The notes under the pieces were generated by a model. The model was not told the DNA's origin. It saw nothing but the letters and a program-made list of their open reading frames with translations, and ran no database searches. From NCBI GenBank assembly GCA_002269645.1, contig NIVC01000536.1, positions 248,001-312,000 on the forward strand: DNA of 64,000 nt, written 5' to 3'. Within the stretch, counting starts at the first letter, position 1, and each line of letters begins with the position of its first letter. This DNA comes from Macrostomum lignano (lineage: Eukaryota). Shown here in pieces: positions 38,599 through 51,560 of this stretch. A program made the position numbers and the translations under genes.

Positions 38599-39148
38599 CG
38601 TAGATGGCTAGTGACCAGTATATTATAGTTAGAGTCCATATATGTTATTTAGGGTATTAGAAAAAAAGGTGATCAAAAACCGAGTGCAGTGCAGTTGCGA
38701 GTGGACTTAGATAATAGAGGGAAACCATAGTTGCCAAGGGATTTCTATTAATCATTCCTTTAATCCCACTCTCTTTAATTTGGCTGCCGATTAAATGGGA
38801 CTGGATGCGGGATGATAGAAACGTTGCCATAGTATCAATTTAATCAAGATTAATAATAATAGGCTGTATACATACAGGGGACTCGGTATTGCAGTAGCGC
38901 GCTTATCAACATACTGCATCTCTTAAATTTTATAAGCCAACTTGCCAGTATAGGAAAGTCTCAAATCAAAGGGCAAGGAAGGCCAGGATGACTCAAGAGC
39001 TGGCGCCTCCACAGTTTGAGAAACAAAGAACTAAGAAGAATTCGATGAGTAATATTACAGTTTTTATTCTACTTCTAGACTGAACTCTGTCATTCAAGTT
39101 CGATGCAAGCGGGAAATCTGGGAGGGGGGGGGGTGGGGCAGAACGTAC

Positions 39149-39241
39149 AGATGCGTCCCTTGGCCCCCATCAAGGACAAGCGGGCAGACCGTTTCTGTTC
39201 AACCGCAGAATTTTGTCTGGGGTCTCCGGGTCTGAAGGCGT
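39149..39241 (-). CDS. Probable ADAM prodomain exon (AFRPGDPRQ...RLSLMGAKGRI)
   Basis: CTTCTTCCCCAG acceptor and GTACGT donor, phase 1-1; compatible upstream, but its link to the 37539 exon is unresolved. Confidence 0.45.
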
Positions 39242-39524
39242 CTGGGGAAGAAGGAGATTATCAAGTCAGGCTGCGTCCTGCCCAGTCCAGGGTTCGCAAT
39301 AAAGAATAAAGATTTTCCACTGAGCGAGCAACTCTTTATCCAGGGCCTCCGGGGCTTAGCGTATTTCTATAGCATATTAAATAATCTATAAAGAGAAGTT
39401 TAAAAACTTTTAAAGCTACTCGTATTACAACTTTGTCTTCTTATTACTACAATGATGCCTGAAAATTGTCGTATCTAGACCTACACTGGAAGTGATTCGA
39501 GGGAAAACTTCTTTCTTGGACCCG

Positions 39525-39525
39525 G

Positions 39526-39587
<62 letters not shown>

Positions 39588-39625
39588 GGCAGACAGAGAT
39601 AGACGGATAGATAGATAGATATAGA
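39525..39625. repeat. (CAGA)n/(GATA)n microsatellite
   Basis: Direct. Confidence 0.93.
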
Positions 39626-40253
39626 CAGTCTTCAGAAATCTGTAGATTTTTGCGCATCCCCTGTGTGCAACTTTCCAATTCATGAATTTATTACTTTTGA
39701 ACAGAATTTTATATTGAATTGGCATTTGTTTATTCGCCAAAACACAGATATTGCAGGTGCGCAGGTGGATTCGCACAGCTTAATGATTTACCAAATACCA
39801 GAGGCCTCTCGGAGTCAAGATAATATACGGTGAATATAAATGAGGAAAATGGCAAAAAGATACTAAACCAAAACTCCCGACTGGAAAGTAAATTATCCGA
39901 AGTCTAAAGTGCAGCATAACAACGCGTGCGCATATTGGACTACGTGCTAGCAACTAGACCAAATAGACCGCAATGTGTCTGATAGAGAAAATATAGATTA
40001 TCACTGTTTATGCACAGTCGTGCAGGAGTGAATGTGGGAGGAAATGCCCCGAGTGGCTTTCAGTTAAGAGGGGGGCTGCCAGCGAAAAGCCGGCAGGCTG
40101 TTTGCCACCGCAAAAGTCGCTCCCATCCAATCCTAACAGTTACCAAAATAGCTAAACCGTATACACAGATACACAGGAACTGAGGAACCAGTGGTTTCAG
40201 TGAAGAAAAGTTTTTTGTGGTTCAGGCATTTAGGCTTAAGAATCAGATATGGT

Positions 40254-40932
40254 ACTTCAGGAGTGGAGAAACTTCAGGAGTGGGGAAGCTTCAGGAGTGG
40301 AGAAGCTTCAGGAGTGGAAAATCTTCGGGAGTAGGGGAGGCTTCAGGAGTGGGGGAGGCTTCAGGAGTGGGGAAGCTTCAGGAGTGGAAAATCTTCGGGA
40401 GTAGGGGAGGCTTCAGGAGTGGGGAAGCGAAGCTTCAGGAGTGGGGAAGCTTCAGGAGTGGGGAAGCTTCAGGAGTGGAGAAGCTTCAGGAGTGGGGAAG
40501 CTTCAGGAGTGGAGAAGCTTCAGGAGTGGGGAAGCTTCAGGAGTGGAGAAGCTTCAGGTGTGGGGAAGCTTCAGGAGTGGAGAAGCTTCAGGAGTGGAGA
40601 AGCTTCAGGAGTGGAAAATCTTCGGGAGTAGGGGAGGCTTCAGGAGTGGGGGAGGCTTCAGGAGTGGGGAAGCTTCAGGAGTGGAAAATCTTCGGGAGTA
40701 GGGGAGGCTTCAGGAGTGGGGAAGCGAAGCTTCAGGAGTGGGGAAGCTTCAGGAGTGGGGAAGCTTCAGGAGTGGGGAAGCTTCAGGAGTGGAGAAGCTT
40801 CAGGAGTGGGGAAGCTTCAGGAGTGGAGAAGCTTCAGGAGTGGGGAAGCTTCAGGAGTGGAGAAGCTTCAGGTGTGGGGAAGCTTCAGGAGTGGAGAAGC
40901 TTCAGGAGTGGAGAAGCTTCAGGTGTGGGGGA
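40254..40932. repeat. 17-bp minisatellite (GGAGTGGGGAAGCTTCA)
   Basis: Direct. Confidence 0.95.
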
Positions 40933-42044
40933 AGCAAACTAGGACCCTATAAACCGCTCATATAATGAATGCCATTGGAAAAAATTCAGAAACCTAAAGA
41001 AACAGAAACAAAAACCACTCGACAGATAGGAAGTCAAAGGGAAAAAGGTAAAAATGGAAAAAAATCGATAGAAAAGCAAGCAAGGGAAGTGATGCAGTCC
41101 TCTTTATTAAAAATTAGATCAATTTGCGAGTTAACACGCTAGCCACAGATTCTCCGAGCGCCCGGATAGGAAGTTGACTTTACTTCATGCCCATTGCCAG
41201 CTCACACTGCTGCTGCTGCATGCGTCCGGGGCATCAAACAGTTCCGTCAACAACAGAAAAGCATTAGCATTAGCACGGTAATAATGTATATTCCCCCCAC
41301 ATATATTCTGCTTAGAGAAAAGGCCCAGACAGAAGGTGCTTTAGTGACGACTGACGAGATGAGAACGCTTGCCGCTTCAAAGCTTCCGTTATAATATAGT
41401 ATGACTCACGCTCAGCCTCCCAGCACACTGGGACAGCGAGGGACAGAAAGAGAGATTGACTTCGTGTCCGTCAGGCCGCGCCACGAAAAGCTTGCCAAAT
41501 CCAATGCCAAGTCAGTAGAGAAGAAAAGATTATAAATTGACTAGAAACTCATATTTAGGCAGATCGGAAAGCTTGCCTCGACAAAAATAGCGACCAAGGA
41601 CCAACGCGGGTTCTCTATGACAGAAACCACATCGGACAGAGAACGGAAACTGATAGTTAATAGCATATCAACAGACAGAACCAGAACCAACGCGCAGTCC
41701 TGATCCCCCTGACTACGAGTATTCGACGAAATTGTATCCCAGTAATTAGCCATACGCTGGGGTATTTATCCCGTCAGTCAGAAACTGACTGCGGTCTGTC
41801 AACTGGCCGCGTCACTGTCGATTTTCAAACACTTGCTCGTTCGCTGCCGAAATCCCCAATCAAAATCTGACTTTCGCCTCTGGATAAGTTTTGGGTCGAA
41901 ATTCGCGTTCGAGTAGGTTCTGCCTTGGGACAAAAAACGATTATAAAATTGCCTAACACATTTAAAATTATGCCACGAACAAAAACACTCGGAGTCCTGC
42001 TGTCCAACATCAACAAATCGTTTGTTTGGAGTGGCGCAAATGTA

Positions 42045-42693
42045 CGAGGGCCATCACGAGACCCAACAGACTGACATCACATCAAGAAGTTGATTTTTCA
42101 CAGGGATTCAAAATAGGATGCAATGAATTCAATGCCAATGGTTCGTTCCCAGAAGAAGTCGGACGATCTCGTTAAAGAGCTCTTCAGGCATTGATACCGG
42201 CGACATCAGGGCCTCCGTGAGAATTCGGTGGATGCTGGATGAAGGAATTTCACTAAGTTCTGCCATTTTTTCGGACGTCCATCGGGGATCAATTTCCAGC
42301 AAACCACAGATTAGCTCAAGGTCGCTCTCGGTCCGCACTTTTCTGGGTCTCCCAGATCTCGGCTCGTCCAGGGTCGAAGTGCAGCCGCTCTTGAACCGAT
42401 CCTATCATTTGCACACAGCGCGCTGGCACAGTGAATTTTTGCCGTACGCATCTACAAGCTGCCGTTGGACTTGGGCAGCTGGCGTTCCTCGCAGCCATTC
42501 AGTTTTAATGTAACACCGCTGCTTGTTCTGTGGGTATCTCCTAACACCGCGACGTCGGCCGAGGAGGGAAATCTCAAGTGCGCAGGAAATGATTGCTTCT
42601 AGCCGCAGGTCAGCTGTGGTGACAGTTGCAGCCACTAGAGCGATGTCTGTGGTTGAAATCGATCGATTGCACGAACTTTTGGGATGCCCCTCG
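42045..42693 (-). mobile_element. Internally deleted mariner (Tc1/mariner) element, TA-flanked, with a frameshifted transposase N-terminal (HTH) remnant
   Basis: Inverted ends TA|CGAGGG(C/G)CATC; minus-strand fragments QRCYIKTEWLRG..QLVDAYGKNSL and DPRWTSEKMAELSEIPSSSIHRILTEAL; DDD domain absent. Confidence 0.8.
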
Positions 42694-43021
42694 TACAAGT
42701 AGGTCTGGACTGGCCATCATACACGGAATATGTGTTCGTGTGCGCTTTTGACAGCATAAATTTGTTGCCACGAGGCTGGCTTATACGCGGCCTCGTAAAT
42801 GCATCCAACGATCTTATCGAAGTTTTCCACTCTAAGAGAGAATTCAGGATGCCGACTTTACAGTCGGGCAGGTTAATAGCATTAGCCAAGATATGCGAGC
42901 TGCTAATTGCAAGAGTGCCGCTGACAGCGGGACAGGAAAAGTGAATATCACTGTAGTGCGGTGGAGCGGTTGGAGATAAAACTGAGTTACAATGCTAGTT
43001 AGGCCTGACCAAGCTTGCACG

Positions 43022-43692
43022 GCGAGTCAGTGGCGATTCTTTAATGCGAGAGTCAGCGGCGATTATTTTATGTAAGAGTCAGCGGTGATTATTTTATGTA
43101 AGAGTCAGTGGCGATTCTTTAATTCGAGTCAGTGGCGATTCTTTAATTCGAGTCAGTGGCGATTCTTTAATTCGAGTCAGTGGCGATTCTTTAATTCGAG
43201 TCAGTGGCGATTCTTTATTGCGAGTCAGGGGCGATTCTTTAATGCGAGAGTCAGCGGCGATTCTTTAATTCGAGTCAGTGGCGATTCTTTAATTCGAGTC
43301 AGTGGCGATTCTTTAATTCGAGTCAGTGGCGATTCTTTAATTCGAGTCAGTGGCGATTCTTTATTGCGAGTCAGGGGCGATTCTTTAATGCGAGAGTCAG
43401 CGGCGATTCTTTAATTCGAGTCAGTGGCGATTCTTTAATTCGAGTCAGTGGCGATTCTTTAATTCGAGTCAGTGGCGATTCTTTAATTCGAGTCAGTGGC
43501 GATTCTTTATTGCGAGTCAGGGGCGATTCTTTAATGCGAGAGTCAGCGGCGATTCTTTAATTCGAGTCAGTGGCGATTCTTTATTGCGAGTCAGCGGCGA
43601 TTCTTTAATGCGAGAGTCAGCGGCGATTCTTTAATGCGAGAGTCAGCGGCGATTCTTTAATGCAAGTCAGCGACGATTCTTTAATGCAAGTC
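43022..43692. repeat. 24-26-bp minisatellite (GAGTCAGTGGCGATTCTTTAATTC)
   Basis: Direct. Confidence 0.95.
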
Positions 43693-44416
43693 AATTTAAA
43701 TAAGTCTCTTTTGATGGTGGTTTGAACCCTTTTACGATTCGTAAAAAGGCAACAAGGAAAGCAAGTATTCAGACCCAGACTGGTCAGAAGCGATGATCAG
43801 TGGCGGCGAGAGTGGCCATCCCTGTTCTGTGCAGATTCAGTGGAGGAACTTTCCCAAGAGAGGACAACGGCATTGTTGTTCTGTCTAATTTTATAAACTT
43901 TTCTCTTTAAAAAACTTGACAGCTGGCTGGCTAAATAAACACTATTCTATTATTGATTCCCGCAGGATATCGTTGATACGGCTCGTATCTCTATAAAAAT
44001 ATGCATAAAAGTTCTTCACCGTTCTTCATAAAGCCGCAGCCAGCCAGCACCCGCTGGGCCTTATCAGCGGAGCTGTCAATTAAACCCCGGACCAAAGCAA
44101 AGTCGTCCAAAGAAAATCAGAAGAAACCTCTGCGGCAGCGGCCAACGTAGATTCTATATGCGCGCAATCCATTTCAATATAACTACTAAGAAATTTCATT
44201 AAGAACAGTCCATTAGTAAGATACTTATCATCGGCCCGTAGCGTTTGCCAGGAAAATAAAGCCTGAAGATGAAGTCACAGATTTGCGCTTCAATAATCCT
44301 TCGGAGAGAGAGAGGGAGAGGTGAGAGAGAGAGAGAGAAGACGGATTTTTAGCCGTTGTTAATTTTTTACAGTCTTTTCACCTTGCCATTCGTTTTCTAG
44401 CCGAGCCAAACCTTAC

Positions 44417-44471
44417 CAAGCCGATCCCGCATTTCGTGTCCCAGTTTCAAACTCTCTTCATCAATTCTCGC
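44417..44471 (-). CDS. Probable 55-nt ADAM exon 3 (ARIDEESLKLGHEMRDRL)
   Basis: TTCCAG acceptor (phase 0) and G|GTAAGG donor (phase 1); bridges exon 2 and the 39.2-kb exon. Confidence 0.4.
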
Positions 44472-44779
44472 CTGGAACGAGTACCTGCATAGCCTGCCAG
44501 TCCGCTTAAGGAATCTTCGCAATTTCTCTCTTTCTTTCTTACGTGTGCTACGCGGAGATTCCGCAGCCGCCTTCCTGCAGCTACCAGTTGTTAGCTGAAG
44601 TTTTCGTTTTTCTTTTCCGTGAACCGCCTCCCCTTCCCGCGGCGCGCACCTGCGCTGCTTGACCCCCACCTCGCCTGCTTATCCGCATCTCCTCTCTCTG
44701 CCTCGTATCTCTCCTCTCAGGCTGCGATGCGCACCCTATTGAACTCTGCCTACGCCTGCTACCTCTCCCCTCAAACTCC

Positions 44780-45200
44780 CTCGCCCGCTCTCCTCTGCTT
44801 AGTCTTCCTATCTACCTCTCTTATCTCCCTCACCCTCTCCACATCTACCTCCCTTAGCTCCTTCGCCCTCTCCACATCTACCCCTCTTATCTCCCTCGAC
44901 CTCTCCCTATCTACCTCCCTCTCTTATCTTCCTCGCCCCCCCTCTATTTACACTTTCTCTTATCTCCCTCACCCTCTCCACATCTACCTCCCTCTCATCT
45001 CCCTCACCCTCTCCACATCTACCTTCCTCTCTTATCTTCCTCGCCCCCCTCTATTTACACTTTCTCTTATCTCCCTCACCCTCTCCACACCTACCTCCCT
45101 CTCTTATCTTCCTCACCCTCTCCACATGTACCTCTTTTATCTCCCTCGCCCTCTCTCTCTATTTACTTTCTCTCTTATCTCCCTCACCCTCTCCTCTACC
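44780..45200. repeat. CT-rich degenerate tandem array
   Basis: Direct. Confidence 0.85.
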
Positions 45201-45764
45201 CCGGGGCTACTACCTCACCTATCCTAATTAGTCCTCTTCTATCTCTGCAGGTCAATCTTATCTCCCATTCTCAATCCCTTGTAAGTAAAACTTGGCATCT
45301 TGAAAAGTGAAAACAATTAGTAAAGCGCATTACGTCATACAATTGATTTTTCTACCTGCCTTTATTAATTCATTCATCACTTGGCTTTGGTTAGGTCAGG
45401 ATTATCGCCTACCAAATGTGTGTGTATGCATACTGATGTATATATATACACTGAAGCGCTGATATCAAATTACCGAAACCGCAGCTGATGGTAGCCAACA
45501 ATCAATGCCTGTCTGGGCCGACTGTCCGTCATCGCAAGACCCCCCCCACCAGAGTTTGAAGGAGTTTCTACATTCTACATGGAAACCCTAGCCGCCATGG
45601 CGCTCTCTCCCACGGAAACAGGGAAATGAGGGACCAGATTTGCATCAACAAGCCGTCCAATATTGAATTACATTTAAGTAGATTTTGACCGCTTCCAGTC
45701 TGTGAGGATTAAGACAACTCCTCTGTCAGGCTGTCCTCACCTGACCAAATCCCGAAGTAATCTG

Positions 45765-46600
45765 GACACCCTCCTCAGACAGCACAATCCTGAGAATCTC
45801 ACCCTCCTCAGACACCAACAATCCTGAGAATCTCACCCTCCTCAGACACCAACAATCCTGAGAATCTCACCCTCCTCAGACAGCAACAATCCTGAGAATC
45901 TCACCCTCCTCAGACACCAACAATCCTGAGAATCTCACCCTCCTCAGACAGCACAATCCTGAGAATCTCACCCTCCTCAGACACCAACAATCCTGAGAAT
46001 CTCACCCTCCTCAGACACCAACAATCCTGAGAATCTCACCCTCCTCAGACACCAACAATCCTGAGAATCTCACCCTCCTCAGACAGCAACAATTCTGAGA
46101 ATCTCACCCTCCTCAGACAGCAACAATTCTGAGAATCTCACCCTCCTCAGACAGCACAATCCTGATAATCTCACCCTCCTCAGACAGCACAATCCAGAGA
46201 AGCTCACCCTCCTCAGACAGCAACAATCCTGAGAATCTCACCCTCCTCAGACAGCAACAATTCTGAGAATCTCACCCTCCTCAGACAGCACAATCCTGAC
46301 AATCTCACCCTCCTCAGACAGCACAATCCTGAGAATCTCACCCTCCTCAGACACCAACAATCCTGAGAATCTCACCCCCCTCAGACAGCACAATCCTGAG
46401 AATCTCACCCTCCTCAGACAGCAACAATCCTGAGAATCTCACCCTCCTCAGACACCAACAATCCTGAGAATCTCACCCTCCTCAGACAGCAACAATCCTG
46501 AAATCTCACCCTCATCAGACAAGACAATCCTGAGAATCTCACCCTCTCCAGACAGCAACAATCCTGAGAATCTCACCCTCCTCATACAATACAATCCTAA
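45765..46600. repeat. 32-33-bp minisatellite (CAATCCTGAGAATCTCACCCTCCTCAGACAGCA)
   Basis: Direct. Confidence 0.95.
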
Positions 46601-46958
46601 AGACAGACATCAAGCAATTCGTGCAATTAAAAAAAACCGTTGCTATCCAAATAAGTGCTCGCTCACCGGGCCTTTTCCAATTCGAATAGCAGCGGCTCGG
46701 CCTCGCTGGTTCTGTAGAGACTCACTGACAGCGACTTTGTGTAGGGCGCGAAAGCCTTGATGGGTGAAAATAAAGGAAAACGACGCATGACGAAGCATAG
46801 CTAGTCATTCCAGTTACCCTATTCTACTAATTAGATGACGAGGCACTCATTAATATATCAATGTACAGTTACTCCTGCAGTTTACCCCATCCACTAATAA
46901 TATGACGAAGCATCTGAAACTAAAACAGGAAGTATAGTTACTCCCGCCGTTTACTCAC

Positions 46959-47200
46959 ATAATTTGAATTGAAAACGCATCTCTCGAGCATGGTAGGACC
47001 TCCGGGCGAAGATCGGCAAATCGCGTAGGACAAAGTAAATAAATTGTAATTCACTAGCTTAGCATTGGCTGGATTGAGCAGGGCGGTGGCAATGTCCGGG
47101 CCAAGCTGCTCAGAGGTGACGCAGAGCGGCCAGCGGCGACATTCGAAATGGAAAGTCTCCGGCGGCTGAGACGCAGAGCTTTCATTTTTCGTCGGTTCGG
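46959..47200 (-). CDS. Probable ADAM exon 2 (EPTKNE...ERCVFNSNY)
   Basis: GCTCAG|CC acceptor in phase 1, matching the signal-peptide exon; TAT|GTGAGT donor. Confidence 0.55.
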
Positions 47201-47393
47201 CTGAGCGTTGGCGAAGTAATAGGGATGAAATAATAAATATTTTTAATAATAGAAACTTCAAAACTTTCAGATGACGAGGGCACATATACCTAAGATATTT
47301 ACCTAATCGACTAATAAGATACGGAAGCATTTATAACTTCAATAAAGTGCATAGTTTCTCCAACCGTTTACCCTATCTACTAATAAGTTTTAG

Positions 47394-47637
47394 GGTGGCG
47401 CCAGCACCAGAGGCGCCAGCACCAGAGGCGCCAGCACCAGAGGCGCCAGCACCAGAGGCGCCAGCACCAGAGGCGCCAGCACCAGAGGCGCCAGCACCAG
47501 AGGCGCCAGCACCAGAGGCGCCAGCACCAGAGGCGCCAGCACCAGAGGCGCCAGCACCAGAGGCGCCAGCACCAGAGGCGCCAGCACCAGAGGCGCCAGC
47601 ACCAGAGGCGCCAGCACCAGAGGCGCCAGCACCAGAA
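47394..47637. repeat. Near-perfect 15-bp repeat (GCCAGCACCAGAGGC), ~16 copies, in ADAM intron 1
   Basis: Direct. Confidence 0.96.
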
Positions 47638-47934
47638 GCTATTATTACTATTCCAAAGTTCAATATTGCTTGCATATGCCGTACAGTAGCACTTGCCCAC
47701 TTTAAAACCGGGGCTAAAGTCAGAGGGGGGTCGGATACGGTGAGAATGGTCTCATTCTCATTGTCTTACTTGGCAGCCTGCCTGTCTCCCTCGCCTCATA
47801 GTAAAAGAGCAGGCAGAGCAGACTGACAACAGACTGACAATATACACTTCCTAAACAGTGGAAGCAGTCGCAAACAAGCACTTGGCAAGTTTTTATACTC
47901 TAAAAGCAAAGAATAATAGATATTATAAGCTTAC

Positions 47935-48049
47935 CTCGACAGGCACACGCCAGCAATAGCAGAAATACTTGAAACGGCAGCAGAAGCAGCAACGCACTGC
48001 TTTGCTTTCGGTTGACAATAATTTGATTATGATTATTACTGCAGCTCAT
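47935..48049 (-). CDS. ADAM exon 1 (signal peptide): MSCSNNHNQIIVNRKQSSALLLLLPFQVFLLLLACACR
   Basis: ATG at 48049; hydrophobic h-region; G|GTAAGC donor; missed by the ORF track because it is short. Confidence 0.65.
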
Positions 48050-48809
48050 AGCTGAGCGGAAACACCAACTATCAGTTGAAGATCTTTAACAGACGACTGT
48101 AAAGAATATAATTATGAGTAGGCATGACAACAGTCCAGTTCTGCATAAATAAATACTCGCACCATAATATCTTAATTGCAGTCTGCAGTCAGCAGCCACA
48201 CCAAATTCCGAGATCCAGAGGCTTATAAGATTAGTTCGCCACTGTTGTTATTGTTGGCAGGAGAGGGATAAGGGATAATTCTCCTGACCAATTGAAGTAT
48301 TCCCTCCTGCCTGCCCGCCCCACAAGTCTGAGTCACTGCTTCTATTAGAGTGGGAGAGCGCGGGGTAAGCGAGAGGCGCAGGAAACCCAGGGGGAGAGGG
48401 GAAGAGAGGTAAGCATTGGACAGTGCAGAACTTTTCACACGGCGATTGGGGCTGGCCTTGACAGGACAGGAGAGAGAAGAGGACAGGAGAAAAAGATGCC
48501 GGGTGTTGCCATACAAGGTAGCTTTTTTGGGATTCTTAGTGGCGGGCGCCGCCCATTCAGTCATTAGCTAAGGGGGGAGGGAAGCTATGGATGATGACGC
48601 GTGTACAGGAGAGACTGATGCACCCCACCCCTCATGACGCGGCTGATTAAAGCACTCGGGGCTGAGGGAATTAGAGGGGTGTGAAACGTATGGAAATCTG
48701 ACTTTCTAGTGAGAAAACTGTGGCCTGTGGGTTTAGTCACCTTTAGAATGAGACCAAGTTCTTATAAGATTGGTTCAGCTAAAAATAATTTTACCTGGGG
48801 TTAAATATT

Positions 48810-49090
48810 TAATCCCTCAGGTGAGATTGCAGCTCCAATTTAATCCCTCAGATGAGATTTGTAGCTCCACTTTAACCCCTCAGATGAGATTGTAGCTCCA
48901 ATTAACCCCTCAGGTGAGATTGTAGTTCCAATTTAACCCCTCAGGTGAGATTTTAGCTCCAATTTAACCCCTCAGGTGAGATTTGTAGCTCCAATTTAAC
49001 CCCTCAGATGAGATTGTAGCTCCAATTTAACGCCTCAGGTGAGATTGTAGCTCCAATTTAACCCCACAGAGATGAGATTGTAGCTCCAAG
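48810..49090. repeat. ~31-bp minisatellite (AATTTAACCCCTCAGGTGAGATTGTAGCTCC)
   Basis: Direct. Confidence 0.9.
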
Positions 49091-50939
49091 ACGAGATTCA
49101 AGCTTTTAAAGTGGCGTTCCTTTCACTGGTTTTGTTGGAAATTTTGCAAAAAGAAAATAGCTCCATGGGCCATGTAAGGGATTTTGCTAGGTATTCCACA
49201 GTCTACGAGTAGCTGAGGCTCTCTCAGGTAGAAACAAGGCACCAACCAACAGCGTCTGGCTAGACATGGCGCTCCCACTTCATTTACTCCGACAGATCCC
49301 AATTTGCCGGCCGGTGGTGGGGGAGGAAAAGCGAAGAAGACCGCTGCACCAGGGAGGGAAAATGCACGAAAGCGGGCAAGAAGCAAGCAAATTGGTTTTG
49401 GCTTTGCTGGGACTAAAAGAAACTCTGGCGTAGGGGAAGGAGCAGGCAGGAGCGGTCAGTGGCTGTGCTGGTGCTGCGGCCCTCCAATCTGATAGTGTAA
49501 TGCCTTAATGCTAAGCCAGCCAGCAATCTGGAATAGCCGGCATGGTTAAGGAGACGGGGAGAGGGGGGTTGGGAAAGATGGAGAAGAAAAGGAGGCAAAG
49601 GATGGGCGATAAGGTCAGCTGGGGAGCCGGGCACACGAAGCAATGGCAGGTTTGCGTCATGCGAGCTTGATGGATTGGGGGGGGGGCATCAGGCCAGCGA
49701 ACAAGTTGAAGAGGAGCCGAGGGGTTCGATTTGAAGCAAGTGGAAGAGGAGGCACCGGATCGCCTCTTGCTGGCGGGGTCTCCTGGGAGCAGAAAACGAT
49801 GCAACTTATCCTAGCTTGGCGGTCAAGCTGGGTAATTAAATTTGAGAAATTAGGTATGGCTACACTTTCCATGTTGGATTGAATGTTTATATGAAGGCTT
49901 TATTGTCAATGCTTATAGGGGGAATTGCTAAGATGCCAAGGCTGATAAGGGGAATTGTTGAGAGGTCAGAAAGTTTTTATTCCATTTATTATTGCCTACC
50001 CAACAAGGGGGCACTGATTGCTAGTTTATGACTAAAATATAAACAAGTATTTTCAGGAGGGTTGCAAAAATTTTGGCATAATACTTTTATTGATATATTG
50101 TCCTATAACTAACAATGAGGCAATCTTATCCATTCCATTGAGTCTAAAGTTATACAAGTATATAAATATTATATATATAAGCAGACACTCATATACATAT
50201 TCACACTGGCCTTGAAATTTGAGCCACTAGTCTCTATGACTTAAAGGTTGGCGCTAAAAGGTATTAATCATATATGTCCCAATTTTTAAACAAAATTCCC
50301 AAATTAATATGAATTGTATAGAATCATACTAGGGAGTCCCATGTTTATTGCTTAGCTAACTTTGCGCTCAAGAAAAGAATAATAATGGTCTCTTTTATCT
50401 ATTCAATAATTTTAAAAGTGCATAGCAAAATAAATAACATAATTTATATATAGGAAATCACAACATAATTCACTAGTTGGCCATATTTTTGTATAATACA
50501 GTTTCCATACAAAAAATAGGAAATCAAGTTGAGCTTTTTGCCTTTGAGATAAAAAATTAAGAGATATAAAAAATATGCATTCCCAATCTATTTAATTACT
50601 ACCTTATTCAATATTTAATAAGAACCATATATATAAGTCTATTTCAATAAATATATAGGTCAAACTTATTTAAAATCATTTTAAACTTGTTTTAAGAATT
50701 GGACACATTATACAAGGTAATTTTCATAGAGAATTAAGATCATTCCATGAGAAATAGAGGCTAAAAATAGAAAATCTTTACATTATAGTTGAACTAACAG
50801 AGCTATTGAAAATATAGTTTTTTAAAGAAATATCTATACATAAAAGCCTATTCATGAATCCCATGAATTAAATTGCTAAAAATATGAGTTTTATAGGATT
50901 TTTGTCTAAAATTAGCTAAAAAACAAGGCTAATTTTTAA

Positions 50940-51560
50940 GTGATCACAAGATTTCAGTTGATGATTAACTAACTAATTAACTTACAAAGATGAACACCAA
51001 TTTTTGCCAAGCCATTTTTACAAAACAAAGACTAGTGCTTAAATTAAGATTTATTGGACATGGCAATAGTCAGTATCTGCTTTCCATTACCTATTGCATT
51101 GGAGTGTCAATGGTCAATTTAAGCTAATATAGATAATGAATTCTGATTTCTTATGATTGATATTTGAAACTGTGGCTCTCAGAACAATAGTGCATCATTT
51201 TATAGGTTGCCAAGTTTGATAATAGTTTGGAATCTGACACATTTATAAAGCCAAGCCAAAGCTGCTAGTTGCCAATAGAAAAGAAGCACTACATGTGCTA
51301 ATTGTAGATGAGGCTTTCTCATTTTGGGACTACTTGATAAGACCATATCTACCTAAGTGACAAGAAACAATGTTTAACTACAGACTTAGCAGAGCAAAAA
51401 ATGACTGAAAAGGCATTTAGGATTCTTATACAAAAGTAGAAATTTTTTAATAGCCAATTTAGCTAAGTCCAACAATAGTTATACAAGTGATAAAAGCAGT
51501 ATGCTACTTAATTTTGTGCATATAAACAAGGTTTATTCCCATAATAGTGTCATTGCTAAA
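50940..51560 (+). mobile_element. Decayed PIF/Harbinger (DDE_Tnp_4, HARBI1-like) transposase remnant
   Basis: AIFTKQRLVLKLRFIGHG (HTH); F*FLMIDI*NCGSQNNS; IVDEAFSFWDYLIRPY..MFNYRLSRA; EKAFRILIQK*KFF; many stops and shifts. Confidence 0.75.
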
